Shown here piece by piece: positions 47,060 to 56,139 of a DNA stretch of 64,000 bases. The position numbers were made by a program, and so were the translations under genes. The DNA is from Spirillospora sp. NPDC127506. GTDB taxonomy: Bacteria; Actinomycetota; Actinomycetes; Streptosporangiales; Streptosporangiaceae. The notes below the pieces were generated by a model. The model was given only the letters and a program-made list of their open reading frames with translations, was not told where the DNA came from and searched no databases. Position 1 is the stretch's first letter; every line of letters begins with the position of its first letter. The stretch is from assembly GCA_040302145.1 (NCBI GenBank), contig JBEORG010000021.1; one strand, 5' to 3'.

Positions 47060-48025
47060 GTGCGGCCCGGGCGCCGCGGGTCGCGGCCGCGCACCCGCCG
47101 CCGTCCCGCGCACGAGGACGCCTCGCCCGGCTTCGTCACCGCGGTGGACCGCGGCCGGTACCGCTGCCTGGTCGACCCGGGCACCCGCGACGAGCGTCCC
47201 GTCACCGCGATGCGCGCCCGCGAGCTGGGCCGCAAGGGCGTCGTCGTGGGCGACCGGGTGGCGCTCGTCGGGGACGTGTCCGGCGACCCCGACACGCTCG
47301 CCCGCATCGTCCGGGTGGAGCCGCGGACCTCGGCGCTGCGCCGCACCGCCGACGACACCGACCCGTTCGAGCGGATCATCGTCGCGAACGCCGACCAGCT
47401 CGCCATCGTGACCGCGCTGGCCGACCCCGAGCCCCGCCCCCGCCTGATCGACCGGCAGCTCGTCGCCGCCTACGACGCCGGGATGGACCCGCTGCTCTGC
47501 CTCACCAAGGCCGACCTCGGCGACCCGGACGCCCTCGTCGCCGAGTACGCGCCGCTCGGCGTCCCCTACGCGGTGACCCGGCGCGGCGGCGACCTGGACG
47601 AGCTGCGCGCCCACCTGGCCGGCCGCACCACCGTCCTCGTCGGCCACTCGGGCGTCGGCAAGTCGACGCTGGTGAACGCCCTCGTCCCGGACGCCGAACG
47701 CGCCGTCAGCGACGTCAACGCGGTCACCGGCCGCGGGCGGCACACCTCGTCGTCCGCGATCGCGCTCGAACTCCCCGGCGGCGACGGCTGGATCATCGAC
47801 ACCCCGGGCGTCCGCAGCTTCGGGCTGGCGCACGTCGACCCGGAGAACGTGATCAACGCGTTCGACGACCTCGCGGAGGGCGCCGCCGAGCGCTGCCCGC
47901 CGCACTGCGACCACTTCCAGGAGGACTGCGGGCTGGACGGCTGGGTCGCCGAGGGCCGCGCGTCCCGGGCCCGCCTGGACTCGCTGCGCCGCCTGCTCTC
48001 CAGCCGCGAGTCCGACGCCGAATAG
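47060..48025 (+). CDS. rsgA: Ribosome small-subunit-dependent GTPase A
   Basis: VGHSGVGKSTLVNAL (G1), DTPG, and a C-terminal Zn-finger (CPPHCDHFQEDCG). The start is uncertain: GTG at 47060, but the conserved YDEDDVRVRPGRRG is in frame upstream without an ATG/GTG. Confidence 0.85.
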   Translation: MRPGRRGSRPRTRRRPAHEDASPGFVTAVDRGRYRCLVDPGTRDERPVTAMRARELGRKGVVVGDRVALVGDVSGDPDTLARIVRVEPRTSALRRTADDTDPFERIIVANADQLAIVTALADPEPRPRLIDRQLVAAYDAGMDPLLCLTKADLGDPDALVAEYAPLGVPYAVTRRGGDLDELRAHLAGRTTVLVGHSGVGKSTLVNALVPDAERAVSDVNAVTGRGRHTSSSAIALELPGGDGWIIDTPGVRSFGLAHVDPENVINAFDDLAEGAAERCPPHCDHFQEDCGLDGWVAEGRASRARLDSLRRLLSSRESDAE

Positions 48026-48063
48026 CCCGCGACGGCCGCCGCGCGCGTCGGTAGGGTCGCTGC

Positions 48064-49587
48064 ATGCCTCAGATGATCGCGGCGCGCTACGAGCTTCTGG
48101 AGCTGCTGGGCCGGGGCGGCATGGGCGCGGTGTGGCGCGCCCGCGACCGCACCCTCGACCGCGAGGTGGCGGTCAAGGAGGTGTCGCTGCCGCACGGCCT
48201 GGACGACGCCCAGGTCGAGCGGCTGTACGCGCGGACGTTCCGGGAGGCGCGGTCGGCGGCCCGGCTCGACCATCCGGGCATCGTGACGGTCTACGACGTC
48301 GTCGAGGAGGACGGCCGGCCGTGGATCGTGATGCGGCTCGTCCGGGCGGAGGGGCTCGACAAGGTCATCTCGCGGGAGGGGCCGCTGCCGCCCGCGCGGG
48401 TCGCGGCGATCGGGCTCGACCTGCTGGACGCGCTGGGCGCCGCGCACGCGGCCGGGGTGGTGCACCGCGACGTCAAGCCGGGGAACGTGCTGATGGCGCC
48501 GGGGCGGGCCGTCCTCACCGACTTCGGCATCGCGACCGTGGCGGGCGACGAGACGCTCACCCAGGCGGGCGCGATCATCGGGTCGCCCGCGTACGTGGCG
48601 CCCGAGCAGGCCCGGCACCAGAAGGCGACCCCGGCGTCCGACCTGTGGTCGCTGGGCGCGACGCTGTACGCCGCCGTCGAGGGCCGCCCGCCGTTCGGGC
48701 GCCCGGACGTGTGGGGCGTGATGGCCGCCGTCCTGTCGGACGAGCCGGACCCGCTGCGCCTCGCCGGCCCGCTGGCGCCCGTCCTGCACGGGCTGCTGCG
48801 CAAGGACCCCGGCGAGCGGATGGGGCGGGACGAGGCCGAGCGGCTGCTGCGCCGGGCCGCGCAGGGCTCGCCGGCGCCGTCGTTCGCCCCGGCGCGGCCG
48901 CCGCAGGACATCACGCTGCCGCCGCCCGAGCCCGCCCCGACGGTGCCGTCGCCCCCGCCCCCGGCGCCGCGGCGGGTGCCGTGGCAGCTGATCGTGCCCG
49001 CCGGGATCTTCGCGGCCGCGCTGGCCGTCGCCGTGGCCGCGGTCGTGCTGTTCACCCGGACCGGCGACGACGCCCCGGGGAGCCGGCCGGGCGCGTCCTC
49101 GTCCGCGACCGGCTCGTCCCCGGCGGCGCGGGGCTCCGCGCCGCCGGGGTACCGCCTCTACCAGGGCTCCTCGTTCACGGCCGCCGTCCCCCAGGGCTGG
49201 AAAGAGGAAGCCGAGGGCGACGACGTGACGTTCACCGACCCGGCGGACGGGGTCACGCGGGGGCTGGCGTTCCAGCGCCTCGGCTCGTCCTTCCAGAACC
49301 CCGGGGAGGGGCTCGCATCCGCCATCGGCCAGATGAAGAACGACAAGGACGCCTACCCCGACTTCAAGCAGGAGAAATTCGACCGGGGCGTCCCCTACAA
49401 GTACGCGCCGGCGGCCGAGCTGCAGTTCACCTTCACCAAGAACGGCACGCCGGGCCGCACCCGGGTGCGGGTGTTCGAGGCCGGCGGCGTCCTCTACCAG
49501 GTCCTGCTGGCGACGGACCGGGCGCACTGGGACGAGAGCGTCGAGTACTACGAGCAGTTCCTGCGGAGCCTGACCATGAGGTCCTAG
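48064..49587 (+). CDS. Serine/threonine protein kinase with TM segment and extracellular C-terminal domain
   Basis: LGRGGMGAVWRA...VAVK, HRDVKPGNVL, DFGIA, APE motifs. Pro-rich linker and a TM (LIVPAGIFAAALAVAVAAVVLF). Confidence 0.9.
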   Translation: MPQMIAARYELLELLGRGGMGAVWRARDRTLDREVAVKEVSLPHGLDDAQVERLYARTFREARSAARLDHPGIVTVYDVVEEDGRPWIVMRLVRAEGLDKVISREGPLPPARVAAIGLDLLDALGAAHAAGVVHRDVKPGNVLMAPGRAVLTDFGIATVAGDETLTQAGAIIGSPAYVAPEQARHQKATPASDLWSLGATLYAAVEGRPPFGRPDVWGVMAAVLSDEPDPLRLAGPLAPVLHGLLRKDPGERMGRDEAERLLRRAAQGSPAPSFAPARPPQDITLPPPEPAPTVPSPPPPAPRRVPWQLIVPAGIFAAALAVAVAAVVLFTRTGDDAPGSRPGASSSATGSSPAARGSAPPGYRLYQGSSFTAAVPQGWKEEAEGDDVTFTDPADGVTRGLAFQRLGSSFQNPGEGLASAIGQMKNDKDAYPDFKQEKFDRGVPYKYAPAAELQFTFTKNGTPGRTRVRVFEAGGVLYQVLLATDRAHWDESVEYYEQFLRSLTMRS

Positions 49588-50423
49588 CCGCGCGGCTCCT
49601 CGAAGAGGGTGCGGGCCTTGGCCTCGGCCTCGTTCAGGGCCTTGAGGTGGCGGGGCGCGAGTTCCTCCACGCACCGGGTCATCTCCTCGGTGACGTGGCT
49701 GAACGCGCTCTCCTCCGCGCCGCGCAGCGCCGCCCGCACGGTCGCCGACCGGGCGCCCAGCGCGGACCACTCCAGCTCCAGCCGCGCCACGGCCTCGTCG
49801 AACGCGCGGGACGTCTCGGCGCCCGCGTCCTGCAGCTCGTCGGGGACGGGCCCCCGGCCAGCCTTCCGGGCGTGGCCGGACAGGGCCGAGATGCGGCTGG
49901 CCAGCGTCAGGCCCTCGCGGGCGAGCGGCAGCACGTCGTGGATCAGGTCGGTGACGGCCCTCGCCAGCTCCTCCACCCGGGTGAGCAGCGTCTGCGTCGC
50001 CTCCTCCAGGGCCTCCGACGTGCGCCGGGCGACGCGTTCGGCGACGTCCCGCTGCTGCCTGGACAGCGCGGGGACGACGTCGCGGTCCAGCAGGCGGCGC
50101 AGCTCCCGCTCCCGGGCGCCGTGCTCGCCGGGCCCGGCGTGCTCGGCCCAGACCCGCTCGATGCGCTCCTCCCCGGACGCGGCGATCTCCGCCGTGATCT
50201 CGTCCAGGGCCTCGCCCACCCGGGCCTTCAGCCGCTCCACGCGGCCGTACAGCGCCTCGCGCTTGAACGGGTCGTTGAGCTCGTTGAGCTGCGCCTGCAA
50301 TCGGCGGGACACGTCGATGGCGTGCTCGGCCAGCGGGACGAGGCGGTCGGCGAGCTCGTCGAGCGTCGCGGCCCGGCGCGGGTCGGTCAGCTCGGCCACC
50401 CACGCGGGAAGGTCGTGCGGCAT
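49584..50423 (-). CDS. Hypothetical coiled-coil protein
   Basis: ~280 aa, helical (E/R/A/L-rich) and in a consistent frame. Real start MPHDLPAWVAEL within ORF 49584..50510. No recognisable domain. Confidence 0.45.
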   Translation of the reverse strand: MPHDLPAWVAELTDPRRAATLDELADRLVPLAEHAIDVSRRLQAQLNELNDPFKREALYGRVERLKARVGEALDEITAEIAASGEERIERVWAEHAGPGEHGARERELRRLLDRDVVPALSRQQRDVAERVARRTSEALEEATQTLLTRVEELARAVTDLIHDVLPLAREGLTLASRISALSGHARKAGRGPVPDELQDAGAETSRAFDEAVARLELEWSALGARSATVRAALRGAEESAFSHVTEEMTRCVEELAPRHLKALNEAEAKARTLFEEPRG

Positions 50424-50557
50424 GGCCCCATGCTGCCACTGCCGGTCCCGCGGCACCGGCGTTCGCGCCCGGCGTGCCACGTCCGGCCGACCGAAAAGCC
50501 GGATCGGCACGGGTAAGTGTGTCTGGACAGGCGGTGATCAGGGTAGCGTTGCACGCC

Positions 50558-51361
50558 GTGGCGGGCTATTCCGATGACCTGCGTCTCGCGCACGTGCTGG
50601 CGGACGGGGCCGACGACATCACGACCAGGCGTTTCCGCGCCCTCGATCTGGCCATCGAGACCAAGCCGGACCTGACGCCGGTCAGCGACGCCGACCGCAG
50701 CGTCGAGGAGCAGATCCGCGGCACGCTGAAGCGGGCCCGCCCGCGCGACGCGGTGCTCGGCGAGGAGTACGGCAAGACCGGGTACGGGAACCGCTGCTGG
50801 ATCATCGACCCGATCGACGCGACGAAGAACTTCGTGCGCGGCGTCCCGGTGTGGGCGACGCTGATCGCGCTGATGGAGAACGACGAGATCGTCGTGGGGG
50901 TGGTGTCGGCGCCGGCCCTGAACCGGCGCTGGTGGGCGGCCCGGGGCGGCGGCGCCTGGACGGGCCGCAGCCTCACCCGCGCCGCCCGGATGACCGTGTC
51001 GTCGGTCGGCGACCTGTCGGACGCGTCCCTGTCGTTCTCCAGCCTGAGCGGCTGGGAGGAGCAGGGGCGCCTCACGCACTTCCTCGACCTGACCCGCTCG
51101 GTGTGGCGGACGCGGGCGTTCGGCGACTTCTGGTCGCACATGATGGTCGCCGAGGGCGCGGTCGACATCTCCGCCGAGCCCGAGGTGTCGCTGTGGGACC
51201 TCGCCGCGCTTCAGGTCATCGTGGAGGAGGCCGGCGGGATGTTCACCGACCTGTCCGGCGTGCCGGGCCCGGACGGCGGCAGCGTCGTGTGCACGAACGG
51301 CAGACTGCACGCCGACGTCCTGCGGACCCTGGGCGGCGGCCAGCTCTCCCTCCGCATCTGA
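50558..51361 (+). CDS. hisN: Histidinol-phosphatase HisN (inositol-monophosphatase family)
   Basis: DDLRLAHVLADGADDITTRRF...ETKPDLTPVSDADRSVEE...LGEEYG...WIIDPIDATKNFVRGVP...W.DLAAL is an IMPase fold with the HisN-type N-terminus. Start options are GTG 50534/50558. Confidence 0.8.
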   Translation: MAGYSDDLRLAHVLADGADDITTRRFRALDLAIETKPDLTPVSDADRSVEEQIRGTLKRARPRDAVLGEEYGKTGYGNRCWIIDPIDATKNFVRGVPVWATLIALMENDEIVVGVVSAPALNRRWWAARGGGAWTGRSLTRAARMTVSSVGDLSDASLSFSSLSGWEEQGRLTHFLDLTRSVWRTRAFGDFWSHMMVAEGAVDISAEPEVSLWDLAALQVIVEEAGGMFTDLSGVPGPDGGSVVCTNGRLHADVLRTLGGGQLSLRI

Positions 51362-51539
51362 GGATCCGCATCTGAGGATCCGCGCGTCCGGCGCGCATCC
51401 GATCGTCCCGCGCCGGGCATACCGACCCCGAGGCGGGATCGATCCCCATGGCCAACCGCGCGACTCGCGACATATCGTGGAACAGCGGTCGCGGGACGGC
51501 CGTTGTACAGGATGGGCGGCCCGTAAACGGAGGTACCAG

Positions 51540-51731
51540 ATGTCGACCCAGACCAAGCTAGTGATCGGCGGCGTCGTCGTCGGCTTCCTGACCCTGTTCG
51601 TCTTCCCCTGGTGGCTGAGCGCACTGATCATCCTCGGCGTCATCGGCGCACCCCTCGTGGGGTACATGATGCTCGACCCGTCCCAGCGCAGGCGGCTGCG
51701 GGCGCAGGGGCGCAAGCGCCTCGGGAGCTGA
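51540..51731 (+). CDS. Small (63 aa) two-TM membrane protein
   Basis: RBS ggaggtaccagATG. Hydrophobic LVIGGVVVGFLTLFVFPWWLSALIILGVIGAPLVGYMML followed by a basic tail. Confidence 0.45.
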   Translation: MSTQTKLVIGGVVVGFLTLFVFPWWLSALIILGVIGAPLVGYMMLDPSQRRRLRAQGRKRLGS

Positions 51732-51769
51732 CCCGCGGGGCGTCTCCGGGCGCCCGCTAGGGTGCGGGT

Positions 51770-52957
51770 GTGGCGGAGACACGGGTCGGCGTGGTCGGCG
51801 CGGGGATCCTCGGGCTGGCCATCGCGCGCCGGCTGACCGAGACGCGCCCTGACGTGACGGTCACGGTCCTCGACAAGGAGGACCGCGTCGCGGCCCACCA
51901 GACGGGCCGCAACAGCGGCGTCGCGCACGCGGGCCTGTACTACGCGCCGGGATCGCTGAAGGCGACGCTGTGCAGGCGCGGCATCGCGCTGCTCAAGGAA
52001 TACTGCACCGACCGGAACCTCCCCTACGTGGAGTGCGGCAAGGTCGTCGTCGCCCGCGACGCGTCCGAGGTGGCCGCGCTGGACGAGATCGAGCGGCGCG
52101 CCGCGGCCAACGGGGTTCCGGGGTTGCGGCGCCTGCCGGGCGGCGGGCTGCGGGAGATCGAGCCGCACGCCGCCGGAGTCGCCGCGCTGCACTCCCCCAC
52201 CACCGCGATCGTGGACTTCCCGGCGGTCGCCCGCGCGCTCGCCGGCGACGTCGCCGAGGGCGGCGGAGAGGTGCGGCTCGGCTTCGAGGTCGTCCGCATC
52301 GGGCGGTCCGGCGACGGCGTGGCGGTCGCGTCGGCGAGCGAGGAGCTGCGGTTCGACAGGCTCGTGGTGTGCGCCGGGCTCCAGTCGGACCGGGTGGCGC
52401 GGCTCGCCGGCGACTCGCCCGCTCCGGCGATCATCCCGTTCCGGGGCGAGTACTACCGGCTCGTCCCGTCGCGGACCGGCCTGGTCCGCGGCCTCATCTA
52501 CCCCGTGCCCGACCCCCGCTACCCGTTCCTCGGCGTGCATTTCACGCGCCGCGTGGACGGCGGCGTGGACGTCGGCCCCAACGCCGTCCTGGCGCTGGCC
52601 AGGGAGGGGTACCGGCGCCGCGACGTCCGCCCGGCCGACCTGTGGGAGACGATCCGCTGGCCGGGCTTCCGGCGCCTGGCGGTGCGGCACTGGCGGACGG
52701 GCGCGAAGGAGCTGTGGGGGTCGGCGGTCAAGCGCGCGTTCGTCGCCGAGGCGCGCGGTTTCGTCCCGGAGCTGGCGGCGGCGGACGTCGTCGCGGCTCC
52801 CGCCGGGGTCCGCGCGCAGGCGGTGGACCCCGACGGGTCGCTCGTCGACGACTTCCGCATCGGGCGGGTCGGCCCGGTGGTGACCGTCCGGAACGCCCCG
52901 TCCCCGGCGGCGACGTCCTCGCTCGCCATCGCCGAGCACGTCGTCGAACGGCTCTAG
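51770..52957 (+). CDS. L-2-hydroxyglutarate oxidase/dehydrogenase-like FAD-dependent oxidoreductase (LhgO family)
   Basis: VGVVGAGILGLAIARRL (FAD Rossmann), HQTGRNSGVAHAGLYY, ~395 aa. Confidence 0.75.
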   Translation: MAETRVGVVGAGILGLAIARRLTETRPDVTVTVLDKEDRVAAHQTGRNSGVAHAGLYYAPGSLKATLCRRGIALLKEYCTDRNLPYVECGKVVVARDASEVAALDEIERRAAANGVPGLRRLPGGGLREIEPHAAGVAALHSPTTAIVDFPAVARALAGDVAEGGGEVRLGFEVVRIGRSGDGVAVASASEELRFDRLVVCAGLQSDRVARLAGDSPAPAIIPFRGEYYRLVPSRTGLVRGLIYPVPDPRYPFLGVHFTRRVDGGVDVGPNAVLALAREGYRRRDVRPADLWETIRWPGFRRLAVRHWRTGAKELWGSAVKRAFVAEARGFVPELAAADVVAAPAGVRAQAVDPDGSLVDDFRIGRVGPVVTVRNAPSPAATSSLAIAEHVVERL

Positions 52958-54429
52958 TCCCAGAGCTTGCGGACGTCCCCGCGCGGGTCGTGGACGGTCG
53001 CGTCGGACGGCCCGTCGAACAGCCGCACCGCCCGCGTGGACGGGTCGAAGGGCGTCCAGCCGGGGTCGCCGGTGGCGGCGAACCGCACCCAGTGGCGGTG
53101 CATCCGGTCGGCGAGCGGCTGCGGCGGGTTCGGCCCGGTCAGCCCGTCGGGCTCGGCGGTCAGGTTGTCGAACACGAAGCCCAGCTCCAGGGCGTGGCAG
53201 GCGCCGAGGCCGTGGTTCGGGGACCGCCACGCGAACTCGTACATCCAGGTGCGCCCGCCGGACGCGGTGTGCCCGGCGGCGGCCCGGTTCGCGGGGATGC
53301 GGAACAGGTGGTCGGTGATGATCGTCGCCATCAGCTCGCCGGGTGCCATGCCGGGGTGCCGGTCGCGGTAGGCGGCGGGCAGCCCGGACGGGACGCCCAT
53401 GCCGCCGGCGACGAAGTCCACGACCTCGTCGGTGGCCTGGGCCGCGATGCCGGTCGGCATCAGGAAGAAGCGGAACTCCTCGGAGGTGTAGCCGATGAGG
53501 AGGTCGACGTCGCGCCCGGCGCCGGCGGCGATGGCGTCCTCGGGGCGGCGCGTGATCAGCTCGCCGTCGAGGACCGGGGTGAGGGACATGCCGCCCGCCG
53601 CGGTGGTGGCGCCCCAGCGGACGGGGTCGGGCGTCATCGAGACCTCGGCGGCGACGGACGCCTGCGCGGGGATGATCGCGGCGGGGTCGAGCGCGGCGAA
53701 CGCCTCCGCGGTCGGCTCGATCCCGAGCCGGGCGGCCATCTCCCGGGTGACGAGCATGGCGTCGTCCGGGTCCTGCGCGATGCCGCCGGCGCCGCTCTGC
53801 GCGATCGCGCGGCGGAACAGCCCGAGGTCGAGGGAGAGCAGCGTGGTGACGCTCATCCCGCCCGCGGACTCGCCGAAGACGGTGACGTCGTCCGGGTCGC
53901 CGCCGAATCCGGCGATGTTGTCGCGCACCCACTCCAGCGCGGCGATCTGGTCGAGCAGCCCCCGGTTGAGCGGGGCGCCGGGCAGGTTGGCGAAGCCCTC
54001 CACGCCGAGCCGGTAGTTGATCGTCACGCAGACGACGCCGTCGCGGGCGAAGTTGCGGCCGTCGTAGACCGGCACGGCGCCGGACCCGTTGCGGAACGCG
54101 CCGCCGTGGATCCACACCATGACCGGCAGGCCCGCCCCTCCCGCGCCGGTGAGGCCCGGCGTCCAGACGTTCAGGTTCAGGCAGTCGTCGCCGGGGATCA
54201 CGGGGTCGGGCAGCAGCGCGGCGAACGGCGGCGGGTAGCCGGGCTTGGGCGCGGTCGGCCCGTACTCGAAGGCGTCGCGGACGCCGTCCCACGGCTCGGG
54301 CGGGCGCGGCGCCCGGAAGCGGCCGGGCCCGAACGGCGGCGCGGCGTAGGGGATGCCGAGGAAGGCGGTGACGCCGTCCCGTGTCCTGCCGCGCACCTTC
54401 CCGTAGGACGTCTCGACGACCGGCTCCAT
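52954..54429 (-). CDS. Carboxylesterase type B (para-nitrobenzyl-esterase-like)
   Basis: PVMVWIHGGAF...GSG, and a nucleophile elbow FGESAGG. Confidence 0.85.
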   Translation of the reverse strand: MEPVVETSYGKVRGRTRDGVTAFLGIPYAAPPFGPGRFRAPRPPEPWDGVRDAFEYGPTAPKPGYPPPFAALLPDPVIPGDDCLNLNVWTPGLTGAGGAGLPVMVWIHGGAFRNGSGAVPVYDGRNFARDGVVCVTINYRLGVEGFANLPGAPLNRGLLDQIAALEWVRDNIAGFGGDPDDVTVFGESAGGMSVTTLLSLDLGLFRRAIAQSGAGGIAQDPDDAMLVTREMAARLGIEPTAEAFAALDPAAIIPAQASVAAEVSMTPDPVRWGATTAAGGMSLTPVLDGELITRRPEDAIAAGAGRDVDLLIGYTSEEFRFFLMPTGIAAQATDEVVDFVAGGMGVPSGLPAAYRDRHPGMAPGELMATIITDHLFRIPANRAAAGHTASGGRTWMYEFAWRSPNHGLGACHALELGFVFDNLTAEPDGLTGPNPPQPLADRMHRHWVRFAATGDPGWTPFDPSTRAVRLFDGPSDATVHDPRGDVRKLWD

Positions 54430-54525
54430 GCCCCGCCTCCGATTCTAGAACGAGATTCAATGAGCCGAGCGTACGGGACGGAGGCGGCCGGCGGAACGCC
54501 GCTCCACCTCCTTCCGCACGGCCTT

Positions 54526-55173
54526 CTACACGCCCCCGGGCGCGGGCTGGAGCATGCGGGTGAGGTAGCCGCGGGCGAACGCGCGGATCGCGTCCTCGTC
54601 GTCCAGCCGCAGCCCGCCGCCCGGGAGCAGCAGCAGCGACACCGCGAGCCGCAGCAGCACCTCCGCGACGGTGTTGTGGTCCTCGGCGTCGCCGGGGCGC
54701 GCGCGGCGCAGCCGGTCGGCGAGGATGTCGCGGGCGGCGATCATCACCGCGCCGCCGTTCATGCTGAGCTGCGGGAGGAACGCCTCCGGCTCGCTCTCCA
54801 GGACGCGCGTCATCAGCGGGTGCGTGCGGGCGCTGCGCAGGCCGACCACGAACCCCTCCACGACGGCGTCCTCGGCCGACTCGAGGTCGTCGGTGGCCTC
54901 GGCGATCGCGGTGAGGAACCGGTGGCACTCCCGCAGGATCACCGCCTGGAGCAGCTGCTCCTTGTTGCTGAACCGGCGGTAGATGGTGGTGCGCGCGACC
55001 CCCGCGCGCTTGGCGACGTCCTCGACGCTGACCCTGCGCAGCCCGTAGGTCTCGAACTCCGCGAGCGCGGCGTCCAGGATGCGGGTGTCGAGGTCGTCGG
55101 CACCGCTGTCCGGCGCGGCGAGCCGCGCCAGCAGCGCGTCCGAGGCCGTGGCGTCCGTCGTCATGACCAGCAC
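54526..55173 (-). CDS. TetR/AcrR-family transcriptional regulator
   Basis: N-terminal HTH (RVSVEDVAKRAGVARTTIYRRFSNKEQLL). Confidence 0.85.
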   Translation of the reverse strand: MLVMTTDATASDALLARLAAPDSGADDLDTRILDAALAEFETYGLRRVSVEDVAKRAGVARTTIYRRFSNKEQLLQAVILRECHRFLTAIAEATDDLESAEDAVVEGFVVGLRSARTHPLMTRVLESEPEAFLPQLSMNGGAVMIAARDILADRLRRARPGDAEDHNTVAEVLLRLAVSLLLLPGGGLRLDDEDAIRAFARGYLTRMLQPAPGGV

Positions 55174-55329
55174 CCTAACCGGATCCGGCGTCCGGCTCGC
55201 GGCGGCGGTCCGGGCGGGGAACCGGGTGCGGCCGCTGCTGCCCGAGGCCGTCCGCCACCTGCCGCAGGCCCGCCGCGCCTGCCGGAAGGCGCGGAAGGCG
55301 CGGCGGGGCTGAGCGGCGGGGCCGAGGGG

Positions 55330-56139
55330 TCAGCCGCCGGACCGGATGCGCGCGTCGTACTCCTTGCGCGCGTCGGGGTCGTACTCCAGGAAGATCTTGT
55401 CGAGCCCGAGCCGGCGGGACGTCGCCTGCCGGAACCGCTCGGGGAGGAGCGCGCCCAGCTTGATCTGCGTGCCGAGCTTCTTCGGCACCGCGACCTGCGG
55501 GCGCGGCCTGCCGATCAGCTCGACGATGGCGGCGGCGATCTCCTCCGGCTCGCAGTTCCTCTGCCCCTTGGGGCTGCGGGTGCCGGCGACCAGCTCGGTG
55601 TTGGTGAACGTCGGCAGGACGGCGCTGACGTGGACGCCCCGGTCCTGGACCTCCAGCCGGGTCGCCTCGGTGAACCCGACGACGGCGGCCTTGCTGGCGT
55701 TGTAGAGGGCGAGGCCGGGCGTGAACATGACGCCCGCGAGCGAGGCGATGTTGATGACGTGCCCCGACTCGCGCGGCAGCATCCGGCCGAGGGCGAGCTT
55801 GGTGCCGAGCATGACGCCGTGCACGTTGATGTCGATGCAGCGGCGGGCGTCGGCGTCGCTCTCGTCGGTGACCGGGCCGATCGGCATGATCCCGGCGTTG
55901 TTGATCAGGACGTCGAGCGGCCCGGCGGCCTCCTCGGCCCGGTCGAGGAACGCGGTGAACGACTCGCGGGACGTGACGTCCACCACGAGGCCGGTGACGC
56001 CGAGCGACTCGGCGGCGTCCTTGACGGCGGCCTCGTCGATGTCGCCGATGACGACGGTGGCGCCCTTGGCCTTCAGGGCGCGGGCCGTGGCGAGGCCGAT
56101 CCCCCGCGCGGCTCCGGTGATGGCGACGACCTTGCTCAT
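55330..56139 (-). CDS. SDR-family short-chain dehydrogenase/reductase
   Basis: MSKVVAITGAARGIGLATA (TGxxxGxG), NNAG, YNASK. Confidence 0.85.
   Translation of the reverse strand: MSKVVAITGAARGIGLATARALKAKGATVVIGDIDEAAVKDAAESLGVTGLVVDVTSRESFTAFLDRAEEAAGPLDVLINNAGIMPIGPVTDESDADARRCIDINVHGVMLGTKLALGRMLPRESGHVINIASLAGVMFTPGLALYNASKAAVVGFTEATRLEVQDRGVHVSAVLPTFTNTELVAGTRSPKGQRNCEPEEIAAAIVELIGRPRPQVAVPKKLGTQIKLGALLPERFRQATSRRLGLDKIFLEYDPDARKEYDARIRSGG

Noticed and set aside
51351-51385. Direct duplication gcatctgaggatccg x2 (two BamHI sites) just after hisN stop
   Set aside because: Only two copies of a 15-mer, in a 3' UTR. Probably a trivial slippage duplication or terminator remnant with no functional signal.
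45578-54928. Very long minus ORFs (45578..47914, 47566..50439, 50387..54928) and plus ORF 51970..56244
   Set aside because: They span multiple independently recognisable genes (aroA, rsgA, STPK, hisN, lhgO, carboxylesterase) on the opposite strand or frame. Composition is Arg/Gly/Pro-dominated.
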